This document shows positions 24,801-36,810 of a stretch of DNA of 64,000 nucleotides, piece after piece. The position numbers and the translations under genes are program-made. How positions within the stretch are numbered: the first letter of the stretch is position 1; every line of letters begins with the position of its first letter. Location: contig OZ024766.1 in assembly GCA_964016885.1 (NCBI GenBank), positions 17,608,001 through 17,672,000 on the forward strand, written 5' to 3'. The stretch comes from Eledone cirrhosa (taxonomy: Eukaryota). The notes under the pieces are model-generated. The model saw only the letters and a list, made by a program, of their open reading frames with translations. It had not been told where the DNA came from and made no database searches.

Positions 24801-27800
24801 AGTCTCACAACCTCCCAGCAAGTCTTTTTCCTCGTCTCGCCAAGGTTTAAAGAGTATAAGCAGGTTGTGGTGATAGCGCTCACAGGTATCTGCAGTCAAT
24901 CTAATGTTTGGCGACTTCACAATCCGCTCTTTCACAGATTTGAAATAGCCAAGATTATTTCTCAACCTGAAGTCGTCATCAAAATTGCTGTTACCAATTG
25001 GATTCACATGTTCGTATTTACTCGCAAGTTCATACAAACACATGTGCTCCATCGAATCAGGCCTGTTTGGATACCAATTTTCGACCATATTCTCGTAATA
25101 AAGATCGGTAGAATACGGTTTCAATTTATCCAGTTCATACTGAGGCCTGAACCTGTGGGATCGGTAACTAGGCAAATCGGCCCCAATCCAAATGAGGCTT
25201 TCAGAGCATCCATAAAAATGGTGGCCAAGCAATTTGTCTGCAGCCTCATAGGCACCTGTATCACGCTTGCCCATCAGCTTAAGTCCGACACTCTTGTATC
25301 TGGAGTAAATGGACTTGGACTTGTCAATCTCAGCCCAAATACCTTCAGTTTCAGTCTTTTCGGACTTTGTCTGATAACTAGTAACATATCGGTTTAGAAT
25401 CATGCTATCTTCACCGATGTATTGGATATCGACATTAGCTTTCCAGACATACAGAACAACAGGATTGTAGTCATTGATGCACTCTTCCCCTTGTCGTCTG
25501 TCAAGCTTGTACAACTTTTTGACAGCTCTACCTTTGTGTTGAGATTTTATACACTCGTTGACGCTAAGCAAATTGAAATTCCCGATAGGACGAGGAAATC
25601 CAAACCTGCATCGAGTGTAAAAACGACCACTCGAAAATATTTGCCTTTTGCAGGATCCACTACACACATGTCGTTGAAAACGCAACACCAAGTCTGACAA
25701 AACGGGGCTTTCTACATTGGACGGCATGCGACATGTGATCATGGACTGTATAAACGTCTGAATAGCATACTTGTCGTCTCTGTCCATAATAGGGCCATCT
25801 TTAATCCATAATTTCATATGAACATGCGGAGCACCTCTCATTTGGTATTCCAACCTCCAAAAAAAGTGCTCGACAATACCAAACGGAGAATTGGTATGTT
25901 TAACAACTTCTTTCATAAAGGTGGTGAACCGATGGTGAAAATGTTCGCTAACAGCCACCACGTCATCCGCGCACAACTCATTGGTGCGTTTTCTAGAAAT
26001 GTCTGGTATGTCAGCATTCAACTTTTCCAGGAACTCTCTCAGATCAGGCCAAAAGTACTCTGCACAAGACAAAGTTAAGAACAAGTGGGCCGGGCCAAAT
26101 TTCTCGTCCATAGCCATCAAGTCTGAACATTTTCTAGACCAAAACTGCTTGGAACCACGGACATTGGCCATCATCATATTTAAATTGCCCTCTAGGTGCC
26201 TGTCATTTTCATGAAGCCGCCTTCTAAACTCGCTTATAGTCATGCGGCTGTTTTTGGTGGTCTTCATGATGGCATATATACCAGAATCAATGCCTCTCTT
26301 GTCGGCTTTATCAAGACAAAACATGAGATATTGTATATCTCGCCGAAATCTAGAGTCGCTATGATTCAGTCTGTTTCTTATGAACATGTATGGCTTTACA
26401 GCGCCAAACGGTCTATTGTCCACGAAAATGCCAAACTGACCAGTTGGATAAAGACAAGGAAAGCACAACAACTCAAGTTTTTTATCATTGTCTGCAATGA
26501 AATCGCCTTCCACTCTTTTCATTTTGTACAAAGCCAAGTCAGTGTCTGCAGGGAGACACGGATTCATGTCTTTAACAGTGTGATGCTCATAGGTAATGCC
26601 AGCATTCGATTTAAGTAAAAGATTATCGAATTTGGCATTATTAACTCCCGAGCACTCGACAATGTTTTCATTTTCCGTATCGGCGTAGCGATTGATCTTA
26701 ACATCGGCATACATTACATTGTTTGCTGCAAGCCAATCAAGTGCCTTCAATACTTTACTCATGTCTACCATTGAACGCCAGATAATTTGTTTCCGCGAAG
26801 GCAAGCTATCAACGACTATTTTAAGCATGTCGTCTTGAAGCGCAGGTAACGTATCCATGGTGCGGTTAATAGTTCCGTCCATAGGCAAAGGCAAGTGAAT
26901 TGCAATTCCTTTAATAGCGGAAATGCATGCTGAAATATTGCCTTTGAATGAGTATGGCACCAGTTTTATTACATTGACGAAACATTTGGCCCGTTGTACA
27001 AGTATTCGCTCATATGTATTAAGATCAGCAAGTTCTTTGGGAACGGCAGCAACGCCCAAGCCATTTATTGAGGCCATTGAAGGCACCCCACTGTTTCGCA
27101 AATGTGTAGTGCATGTTGTGCAGACTGTGCAAGGCAAAGAGTAGTTGGCAGTTATTGCATCCTTTGCAACGGCCGTTTTAAAATATCTAGAGTTCCAATT
27201 ATCCCAAACTTTTAGTTCCTTGCTATATTTGCGCAGTTTGCAGATATGACAATGTTGGATTTTATAGTTGGTAATTTCAGATTGAAATCTTTGAACTTGA
27301 TTACCATATTTATGAATGACATCTGCATCAGTGTGTTCGACATCATTGAAACCAGTGCACATATTATTGAATTTAACTGCAATAGCACGCTCAATGTTGG
27401 CAACGTCTGTCAAATTCTCAAAGTTGGTCCAATCGCCATTGAAAACAGCTTCATTGTACTTGTTGAGCCAAATACATAAGGACCGAACTTTATAAATTTT
27501 CCTCAGCAATGTGCGCAACTTTGGCGAGTGAACTGCTATGGATTTTAAAAAGCCAAATTCACTGGTGCAGCCAGTTTGACCGATGCAGTGCTGATCATTA
27601 TCATGAGTAACATTGCAAAACTCATATTTCTCGATCAACTGCCTTATTTCAGCAACTGTCATATCGGGATTGAGTTTTGGAAGTTTATCATCAATTCTTT
27701 GGCACAAAGTTAGACGAGCAGCTGAGTCATTTGGACATGTATCTAATATGGAAGACCCGCAAGGTCTAACCAAACATTTAGACACATCATTATCATCATT

Positions 27801-28742
27801 CTGCTCGTCAGCATTAGCCATGTCATTCACAATGTTGTCTGTCTCCTTATTATTGATAACGACTATTCGGACTTTCTCAACGGACTGATTTTTAAACTCA
27901 TCCATTTTCATGTACTTTGCAGTGCTCTTGTCAAAATTAGGAAGCTCATTGGTGGAACTGTGATAATGTTGATTTCCCCAATAATGCAACAAACCGTTAG
28001 CATTGACCTTTTCCATCAATGTATGCACAGCTTTAACATTTATTTTTAATTGAGCACACACAAAATTTCGCATCCCAACAGATCTGGAGAACACACTCAG
28101 CACGTGACTATATGCGTCGTTGCGAAGATTGGTATCTGTTATTGTCTTTTTATATGACTTAACAAATTGGGACATCAAGATCTGATGCTGAATCCGGAAG
28201 TCAACCATTTTATTTAGTTTCTTCATTTGATACAAAGACCGCTTATGAAGAAACTTTTTTTTATAATATGTTTTCTCATAAGACTGTATATTATCTTTAT
28301 GGTGAATTTTATACATAGCCTTTGTTTGTAATACTTTGTCTTGATTTGCAGATCTGTACTTGGTCTGCTCTTTAGCCAACTCGGTACGTTTAGAAGCTCT
28401 ACGCTCGGCTTGCTTTTGAGATATAATAGCTGAATTTGCAGATCTATACTTGGCCTGCTTGTTTGCCAACTCATACCGTTTTGAACATCTATACTTGGCC
28501 TGTTTTTGTATCAACTTCTCCCGATTCCGCATCCGGTAAGCTGCTTTCACATCCAATTTAATATGCCCATCTAGATTATTAGCACAGGAATGTGAACAAG
28601 CTTGTGGGACCGCATCATTGTAAGTATATGAACTGCCTGCAACATCAAGACCCAATTCACAAGTGCAGCGTTGCTCATTCACATCGGCAGTGGGGACACC
28701 AAAATCAGTGACAGGTCTCGATTCACTCGCGAGATACATCAC
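21731..28742 (-). pseudogene. Helitron Rep/helicase (HUH-Y2 Rep + PIF1 SF1B helicase) with C-terminal USP/peptidase-C19-like domain; interrupted by one SINE (restored length ~2223 aa)
   Basis: Rep motifs FLTLSCAE, EYQMRGAPHVHMKLW, YVTSYQTK. Helicase motifs GVGGTGKS, APTGMAA, IIDEISM, GDLLQLPPV, SIHKSQG, YVALSR. USP Cys box NERNACFVNSTMQ, QQCAHDF and His box VLH...SGHYTS...W..IND. Deleting 22031-22370 gives in-frame HVFP|MRYLVVYLNRF. Confidence 0.92.
22031..22370 (-). mobile_element. tRNA-derived SINE with RTE-like 3' tail and (GAT)n end
   Basis: A-box TGGCTTAGTGG, B-box GAGTTCAATTC, CCTTGAGCAAGACAC. Tail CCCACCCTTGCAAGCAGGG is shared with the RTE fragment at 31543. Confidence 0.9.
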
Positions 28743-28802
28743 AGCTACACTATATATTTAAACATATATACAGTGATACCTCGCTACTTGGCGGTTCATA
28801 CG

Positions 28803-28845
<43 letters not shown>

Positions 28846-28932
28846 TAAGTAATTAATACCGTATAAATGGTACAAAGACTGTTTATGTAAAATGTATTTC
28901 TCAACAGAGCATTGAATACTTAGGAGAAATTC

Positions 28933-29098
28933 AAAACGAAGAGTGATAAAATTTTCAAGCAAAGAGTTTAATTAGGTAATGACTTACAAATTTGTTTCAG
29001 TATATAGACAAAGCCTGAAGCGTTAATTATAATAATTAGTTAATAATATTACAAAATATACCTAATTAAACTCTTTGCTTGAAATTTTATCATTCTTC

Positions 29099-29102
<4 letters not shown>
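28933..29102. repeat. ~44-bp imperfect inverted repeat between (TA)n tracts, upstream of RepHel
   Basis: ACGAAGAGTGATAAAATTTTCAAGCAAAGAGTTTAATTAGGTA versus TACCTAATTAAACTCTTTGCTTGAAATTTTATCATTCTTCGT. Confidence 0.85.
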
Positions 29103-29158
<56 letters not shown>

Positions 29159-30528
29159 GGGGAGAGAGAGAGAGATTTATCTAGTCCTTCGCTCAAGATT
29201 AATCTATAAGTTTAGATGTTTGCCTTCGTTTAAGTAAATATTACAGTAAGATTTTTAATATAAACAACTACAAAAAACAATTAATATTAAAACGAAAAAA
29301 TTATCAATGATAAAAGAAGCGGATGCAACTTTTTTTTTTATAAAGTTATATTCCTGTTTCTTTAAAGAACATTTCATTTTTGTTCTATTGTAGGCGAAAT
29401 AATGCAATGGTTTAATAGGGAAGATATAACTTACGAATTATGTCTCTAACCGTGTAACGCTTTTTAAGTAGATAACTACAATTGAAAATACTAAAGAAAT
29501 GGAACCAACAATTCAATTTGAAAGTCGTCTAGTGACAGTGTATTACTGGTACTTTATTTTATCGACCCCGTAACGATGAAAGGCAAAAATGCAAATGCTT
29601 AAAATTTAAATTGCCTTAATTCTATCGTCTGCTGTTTCATTAAAGGGAGATTATCGTCTGTATTTAATTCTATCGTCTACTGTTCCACTAAACAGATATA
29701 CCTCCACTATCGTCTCTATTTATACATTTTAACTTATAACTTATACACATTTGATTTGAAATATTTTATCTAGTCCCCCCTCTCAATATTATGATGATTT
29801 CTTTCGAATGAAACAGTTCTAGTCCTGTAGAAGCCATTTATATATATAATTGAACTGAGTTAAAAATTCACAATATTTATAATTAAATAAGCTCATATAT
29901 ATATGTGTGTATTTATCTGTTTATTGTATTATATATAATGTGTGTATATACAGGATGTCCCCCAAAAATATATACACACTTCAACAGCATTCTAATAACT
30001 ATTGCCTGTACAGGTAATCAAAGTGTCAATCGAATGTTAGTTTCGTGTTTTAACAGTACAAATTTACAATACACACATAAAACCAGTGTATATACATACA
30101 TGAGTGTGTATACACATACATGAATGTGTATATACAATATATATGTATATATATATATATAGACACATATATTCACGGTGCAACGGTACATTAAAATATA
30201 GATGCGGGAGAGGGGGGGGGGGTGTATATATAGGGGCGCTGGGGATAAAGGAGTGTAAAGCGTGTGTAATTGATATATTGAAGGAGAGGAGCGTGCAGCG
30301 ACAGAGTAACAAATATATAGAGAGGGGGAGAGATGGTATTGAAGGGGAGGAGTGCAAAGCGAAAGAGTAAGAGATATAAATAGAGACGGAACAGATAGAG
30401 AGAAACAGGCGTAAGTAACAGTGGAAGAGATATAGAGAGAGGTACTCTGATTGGTTGAAAATTAGCCAATGACATACGATCACCACCACGGCTATCCCCG
30501 AAAAATTTTTAGATAAGCTAGGCATATA

Positions 30529-30583
30529 TGTTAGAACACGAAAAGTGAACATTCTGTTGTTTCACACTTTTCGTGTTCTAACA
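30529..30583. other. Perfect 19-bp-stem hairpin at the Helitron 5' terminus
   Basis: TGTTAGAACACGAAAAGTG, 17-nt loop, CACTTTTCGTGTTCTAACA; 2 nt from the TC end. Confidence 0.9.
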
Positions 30584-30585
30584 GA

Positions 30586-31200
30586 TAGAGTAATGTAAAT
30601 GTTATGTGAGGTAAAGCCTTTACTGTGACAATACAATAGTATATATAGAGTAATGTAAATGTTATGTGAGGTAAAGCCTTTACTGTGACAATACAATAGT
30701 ATATATAGAGTAATGTAAATGTTATGTGAGATATTATGTGAGGTAAAGCCTTTACTGTGACAATACAATAGTATATATAGAGTAATGTAAATGTTATGTG
30801 AGGTAAAGCCTTTACTGTGACAATACAATAGTATATATAGAGTAATGTAAATGTTATGTGAGATATTATGTGAGGTAAAGCCTTTACTGTGACAATACAA
30901 TAGTATATATAGAGTAATGTAAATGTTATGTGAGGTATTATGTGAGGTAAAGCCTTTACTGTGACAATACAATAGTATATATAGAGTAATGTAAATGTTA
31001 TGTGAGATATTATGTGAGGTAAAGCCTTTACTGTGACAATACAATAGTATATATAGAGTAATGTAAATGTTATGTGAGGTAAAGCCTTTACTGTGACAAT
31101 ACAATAGTATATTTAGAGTAATGTAAATGTTATGTGAGATATTATGTGAGGTAAAGCCTTTACTGTGACAATACAATAGTATATATAGAGTAATGTAAAT
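30586..31200. repeat. 75/60-bp satellite, right part
   Basis: Resumes at TAGAGTAATG, exactly where the left part stopped. Confidence 0.95.
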
Positions 31201-31542
31201 GCTAAAGGCTTAGATTAAAGTCCAATATTCAATTTATTTATTATATAATTCTAAACAAGTTATTTCATTGTGGGCCGGTAGCAAATGATCTGTAATTGAA
31301 ATTTACTATATTGTGTGGGTGACCAATTACAGTGATTATTTGTTGGTAGTGGATGTGTTGTGGTGTTCATTCCTTATTTATAACAAGACAGACAGCAGTG
31401 AAATAAAAAGGTGTATAATAAATCAGAAGGTGTTGTGGTTGAAAACAAACATAGGTTTTTATTTAAGTGAAGTGACAAGCATGACTAATGCAGAATATGT
31501 GACAAAGATGTATGTGAACTGTTCAGTAGGAAATGTCGAGTC

Positions 31543-32411
31543 CATCATCATAATCATCAGGATTTTACGTCCGCTCTTCCCTGCTTGCAAGGGTGGGGCG
31601 GGTCCTATTCAGCACGGCATCTCTCCACTTGTCCCGGTCCTTCGTCATCTCCACCGTGAGCTTCAGCGATCTGAGGTCTGTTCTCACCACCTCCGCCCAT
31701 GTTTTTCGTGGTCTACCTCTACCACGTCTTCCTTCTACTGGGATTTCCTGGCACTTCTTCACCCATCGGTCTTCCTCCATGCGCATCACATGTCCATACC
31801 ACCTCAGTCTCCTCTCCCACACAACCCAGTTTCTCTCTCAACACATCACATGTCCATACCATCTCAGTCTTCTCTCCCACACACCACAACTTATCCCTCT
31901 TATACACAGTTTCTCTCTCAACACATCACATGTCCATACCATCTCAGTCTTCTCTCTCACACAACCCAACTTATCCCTCTTATACCCAGTTTCTCTCTCA
32001 ACACATCACATGTCCATACCATCTCAGTCTTCTCTCCCACACACCACAACTTATCCCTCTTATACCCAGTTTCTCTCTCAACACATCACATGTCCATACC
32101 ATCTCAGTCTTCTTTCCCACACACCACAACTTATCCCTCTTATACCCAGTTTCTCTCTCAACACATCACATGTCCATACCACCCCAGTCTTCTCTCCCAC
32201 ACACCACAACTTATCCCTCTTATACCCAGTTTCTCTCTCAACACATCACATGTCCATACCACCTCAGTCTTCTCTCCCACACACTACAACTTATCCCTCT
32301 TATACACAGTTTCTCTCTCAACACATCACATGTCCATACCACCTCAGTCTTCTCTCCCACACACCACAACTTATCCCTCTTATACCCAGTTTCTCTCTCA
32401 ACACATCACAT
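31543..32411 (-). mobile_element. RTE-clade LINE 3' end with internal 80-bp tandem expansion (~7 copies)
   Basis: RRLRWYGHVMRMEEDRWVK...GRRGRGRPRKTW, tail and (GAT)n; it truncates NS1 copy 2. Confidence 0.85.
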
Positions 32412-33667
32412 GATGTTTTGGTCGAACTTGTTGTTAGACGTAATAATAAGTAATGTTCTGTGTACGACCTGATCTTGCTTAAATTTTATGGTGACTTCAG
32501 TGTTGACACCTTCGGCTAACTTTTTAAATGTTTGAAGAGTTTCGAGCGTAAAGTTGGGTTCCTAGATCAGTCCAATTTCTACATTTACTAAGTTCTGAAA
32601 CGGAAAACTACTGGTTCCTTGAATGGTTGACACATGCGTAAACATATCTGCTATGCTACGCGCTACCATAGATTTTCCTGTGTTCGGTAAACTTCTGAAT
32701 ACAAGAAGATTACGTTTCGGTTTTCGTTGTGTTAACAGTTCCCATACCATGCATACGAATGTGCTTTCAAAGATGTCCTGTGTCTTCAGTATAGATTTAA
32801 ATATTTTCAAAGAAACTTCTTTATCCATATACTGTTTTTCACTTTTGAACAGATCCCAATTCATTGCTTCAAACTTGTCTTTAAATGACATGTTTAATGT
32901 TTTTAACTTTTCACACTCAAGGAGCTTCTTCATCACACTATCGTACATTGGGTGAGATATTGCTCTCATGAAATTATCGTTGTTGGTTCGGTGTAACCAG
33001 TGAGACTTTATGACCTGCTCCGCCCTGAACTTTTTAGATGTGAAAATATAAGTCAAATAATTGAACGACGTAAGTGTTGTCCCAGACTTGCATTTGAAAG
33101 TTGGTTCCTCCTGACGTACGTTGTTGTTTTTGCTTGTAGAAGGTTTCAGTGATATTCCAGGTTTAGCTCTGTGTTCAAGTTGACACCAGTTCGAGAAATC
33201 TTCATTGATGTCATCTATATCCAGTATAAGTACGTAACGTAACGCAGTGGCTGACAAAAGTAGTAAGCCATACTGCTTGGGAACTTTATTCTTTGGCATT
33301 CTGGAATGAATCTTTCTAACTTGTTTGCCTTCTTATAAAGACTTTGTATGTATTTTAGCCGTTGATTTTCGCCCGGGCTTTGTGCACTGTGCCAAATAAT
33401 ATGGAAGTGGTTAAATGTGTTCTACTCCTTCTTAGCACATAACGAATTGTTCTTAGGGTGATATATTACAGTCGCTCCTTGAACCTGGACAAATTCTTTC
33501 ATTTTATAGTTCGCATTTATTTGAAAAGAGTCTTTTCTTGTTTTGTCTTCTTGGTATATTGTAACGTTGAGTTCATAATCTTTGATTGGTATTCTGCCTT
33601 CATCCCCAAAAAAATCGTCGCTCTCTATCCAAGGGTAAATGCACATATAGAGCTTTTGCCCAGTATT
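32412..33667 (-). pseudogene. NS1: Endogenous parvovirus NS1 (copy 2): HUH nuclease + SF3 helicase, with stops and a frameshift
   Basis: HFHIIW at 33409-33392 and MAYYF at ~33271-33257, both in the frame of ORF 33730-33422 past its stop. Then SLPNTGKS, IGLI*EPNF, FKKLAEG and LIITSN. Confidence 0.9.
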
Positions 33668-33921
33668 CTGAAATGGTAAATGGTTACATTGTAATATTAC
33701 TTTAACGATGTGCTTGTCTGGTTTTGCCAACTCTCGTTATTTCATAGTTACGTAAGCCTTGTGGCCATTTGCATAAGTTAGTTTTAGCCGAATTCATTAT
33801 AGTTGCTTTAGCTGTACCCCATGCCATCCAACCCATCGTTTGTGGACTTCCTGATATATACTCGAAATCTACTTCTGAATGGTATGTAATTGTTATCATA
33901 AATGAAATTTTAGAAGGAATG

Positions 33922-34473
33922 TGTAGTAACCTACATTCCGCGGGCTCACATACATTCTCTGTGCGTGATTTGGCTCAGTTCAGCCAATCGGCGCCAGTAG
34001 AAGAGGATGTATCCCTACGCGCCCTGAGGAAGAAATTCCCCGCGAAGATTTGAAGAATCTCTCTCTTGTACCAGAAACTTCGAGCCAGCAACACGCATAA
34101 TGTAACAGTGAGATATTGCACCCCTAGCCTCGCCGGCTTAACGGCGCAATGGCACATTCCCTTTGGTAACCTCTTTTTATCTGTAACTTCAACCATATAA
34201 ATAAACAGATATTTCATCTCTAATTGCTGCTGTTGAAGTCGTTGTTATGTTACTCGTGTCTCAAGAACATCTTTAATCCATGCTGCTGTAATTGGCGACC
34301 TGACGAAAGGAATATTGTAAATAGATGGTAAATAGATCGAGGGACCTTCCCTCACGTCTATGTCAACAAGATAATCCAACGAGGATACTATCACTTACCA
34401 CACTGGCAACTAACGACTTTCAATCATCTACCCTGCTAAAGTGGCGACTACTCTATAACCAATAACTGCTAAA
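33922..34473 (+). mobile_element. Probable solo LTR (552 bp)
   Basis: TGTAG...CTAAA (degenerate CTACA) ends, 4-bp TSD AATG (33918-21 / 34474-77), internal AATAAA. Removal restores DSQNIPSKISFM. Confidence 0.7.
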
Positions 34474-35016
34474 AATGTTTTGAGAGTCTAATATTGGTAC
34501 TGAGTCTAAAGTAGCTATCGGTGGAGGATTAGATGGATTTACAGGAAATTGTGTTAAATGCAATCTACCCATATTTTCTTCTTCCTCTGTTTTATCTACT
34601 GCTAAATCTTTGCTCCATGTACCGTCTTTAGTTGGTGCCCATTGTGATTTTTTAGCTCCTGAATATGTATTTATCTCGCATGGTAGACCGTTAGTTAATT
34701 TAATTGTTGGTGGTTCGAATGTAGTGTTGAATGGATAGAAACTCATCATTGAAAACCAACTAGGTGTTCTGTTAACCCATGTGTAAGCTGCTGTATCTCC
34801 TGCGTATAAGAATTGGAAGTCCCTTGTATTTAAGTATGATAGTATTCCTTCTGCTGGTATTTCTTGTTCGTTAGCTGTTGCTGCCTTTATATCTTGCCAT
34901 AGCCACCAATCTTTTCTAATTAATCTATTGCTATCTATATTTTGTAATTTTCCCTCGTCTCTCGTTAATGGTATGTTATGTGTCCAGTTATTATTTAAAT
35001 GTGATATATGCCAAGT

Positions 35017-35236
35017 GAAGGCGTGTGGCTGAGTGGTTAGAGAATTGGATTCGCAATCGTAAGGTTGTGAGTTCAATTCCTGGACAAGGCGACGCGTTAT
35101 GTCCTTGAGCAAGACACTTTATTTCACGTTGCTCCTTCTACCTGGAGTTGCGACCGATAGATAGTATTAGCAATTGGAAAGACCAACGGAAACATTGTTC
35201 CCTCGGTCCGATTTGACGAAAGTCGATCGTTCCTGA
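35017..35236 (+). mobile_element. tRNA-derived SINE inserted in the capsid gene
   Basis: A-box TGGCTGAGTGG, B-box GAGTTCAATTCC; 11-bp TSD ATATGCCAAGT (35006-16 / 35237-47). Confidence 0.9.
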
Positions 35237-35269
35237 ATATGCCAAGTTTGATTTGGAAACAAAGCGTAT

Positions 35270-36612
35270 TTATTATCTACGTAATGTATCACCCATGGTC
35301 TAGTGTTTGTTGTAGTGTTTTGTAATGTCCCCTAATTTGTCTGTTAATGGTATTATCTACGTAATGTACCCCCCATGGTCTAGTGTTGTTGTAATGTTTT
35401 GTAATGTCCCCTAATTTGTCTGTTAATGGTATTATCTATGTAATGTACCCCCCATGGTCTAGTGTTTGTTGTAGTGTTTTGTAATGTCCCCTAATTCGTC
35501 TGTTAATGGTATTATCTATGTAATGTACCCCCCATGGTCTAGTGTTTGTTGTAGTGTTTTGTAATGTCCCCTAATTTGTCTGTTAATGATATTATCTATG
35601 TAATGTACCCCCCATGGTCTAGTGTTTGTTGTAGTGTTTTGTAATGTCCCCTAATTCGTCTGTTAATGGTATTATCTATGTAATGTACCCCCCATGGTCT
35701 AGTGTTTGTTGTAGTGTTTTGTAATGTCCCCTAATTTGTCTGTTAATGGTATTATCTATGTAATGTACCCCCCATGGTCTAGTGTATGTTGTAATGTTTT
35801 GTAATGTCCCCTAATTTGTCTGTTAATGGTATTATCTATGTAATGTACCCCCCATGGTCTAGTGTTGTTGTAATGTTTTATAATGTCCCCTAATTTGTCT
35901 GTTAATGGTATTATCTATGTAATGTACCCCCCATGGTCTAGTGTATGTTGTAATGTCCCCTAATTTGTCTGTTAATGGTATTATCTATGTAATGTACCCC
36001 CCATGGTCTAGTGTTGTTGTAATGTTTTATAATGTCCCCTAATTTGTCTGTTAATGGTATTATCTATGTAATGTACTCCCCATGGTCTAGTGTATGTTGT
36101 AATGTTTTATAATGTCCCCTAATTTGTCTGTTAATGGTATTATCTATGTAATGTACCCCCCATGGTCTAGTGTTTGTTGTAATGTTTTGTAATGTCCCCT
36201 AATTCGTCTGTTAATGGTATTATCTATGTAATGTACCCCCCATGGTCTAGTGTATGTTGTAATGTCCCCTAATTTGTCTGTTAATGGTATTATCTATGTA
36301 ATGTACCCCCCATGGTCTAGTGTTGTTGTAATGTTTTATAATGTCCCCTAATTTGTCTGTTAATGGTATTATCTATGTAATGTACTCCCCATGGTCTAGT
36401 GTATGTTGTAATGTTTTATAATGTCCCCTAATTTGTCTGTTAATGGTATTATCTATGTAATGTACCCCCCATGGTCTAGTGTTTGTTGTAATGTTTTGTA
36501 ATGTCCCCTAATTCGTCTGTTAATGGTATTATCTATGTAATGTACCCCCCATGGTCTAGTGTTTGTTGTAATGTTTTATAATGTCCCCTAATTCGTCTGT
36601 TAATGGTATTAT
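35270..36612. repeat. ~80-bp tandem array (~17 copies) amplified from capsid coding sequence
   Basis: The unit covers IIPLTDELG..QNTTTNTRPW..HY.DN and is continuous with VP sequence on both sides. Confidence 0.9.
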
Positions 36613-36810
36613 GTTTGATATTTTGTATCCGCATGCTTTAACTCTGAAGTTACTGCAAGGTGTTAAGTAAGTTTCTAATTCTGCTATTGTCATACTCGCT
36701 TTTAACTCTGTGTAAGGAATTAAAGCTGCTCTATGTGCTCTTCGTAATTGTATATATTCTGCATCGTGTTTCTTGTAGTAGGCTTTATCTATTGGATTTT
36801 CAGTACAATT

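Larger units (their letters stand above)
16527..30585 (-). mobile_element. Full-length autonomous-type Helitron, 14,059 bp
   Basis: Minus strand begins A|TCTGTTAG (30585) and ends CATGTCTAG|T (16527). The flanks rejoin with no TSD into one perfect satellite unit CAATAGTATATA|TAGAGTAATG. Contains the RepHel ORF. Confidence 0.9.
15991..31213. mobile_element. TTAA-flanked piggyBac-like MITE carrying the 75/60-bp satellite, split by the Helitron
   Basis: Left end TTAA-CACCTTAGCATTT (15991); right end AAATGCTAAAGGC-TTAG (31198-31213). Related ends occur at 54643-54658 and 58964-58978. Confidence 0.6.

Noticed and set aside
22317-28474. Many short ORFs overlapping RepHel
   Set aside because: Shadow frames of a long coding sequence with no motifs.
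33422-33730. Separate small accessory viral gene
   Set aside because: It continues past a stop into the HUH motif, so it is the NS1 N-terminal region.
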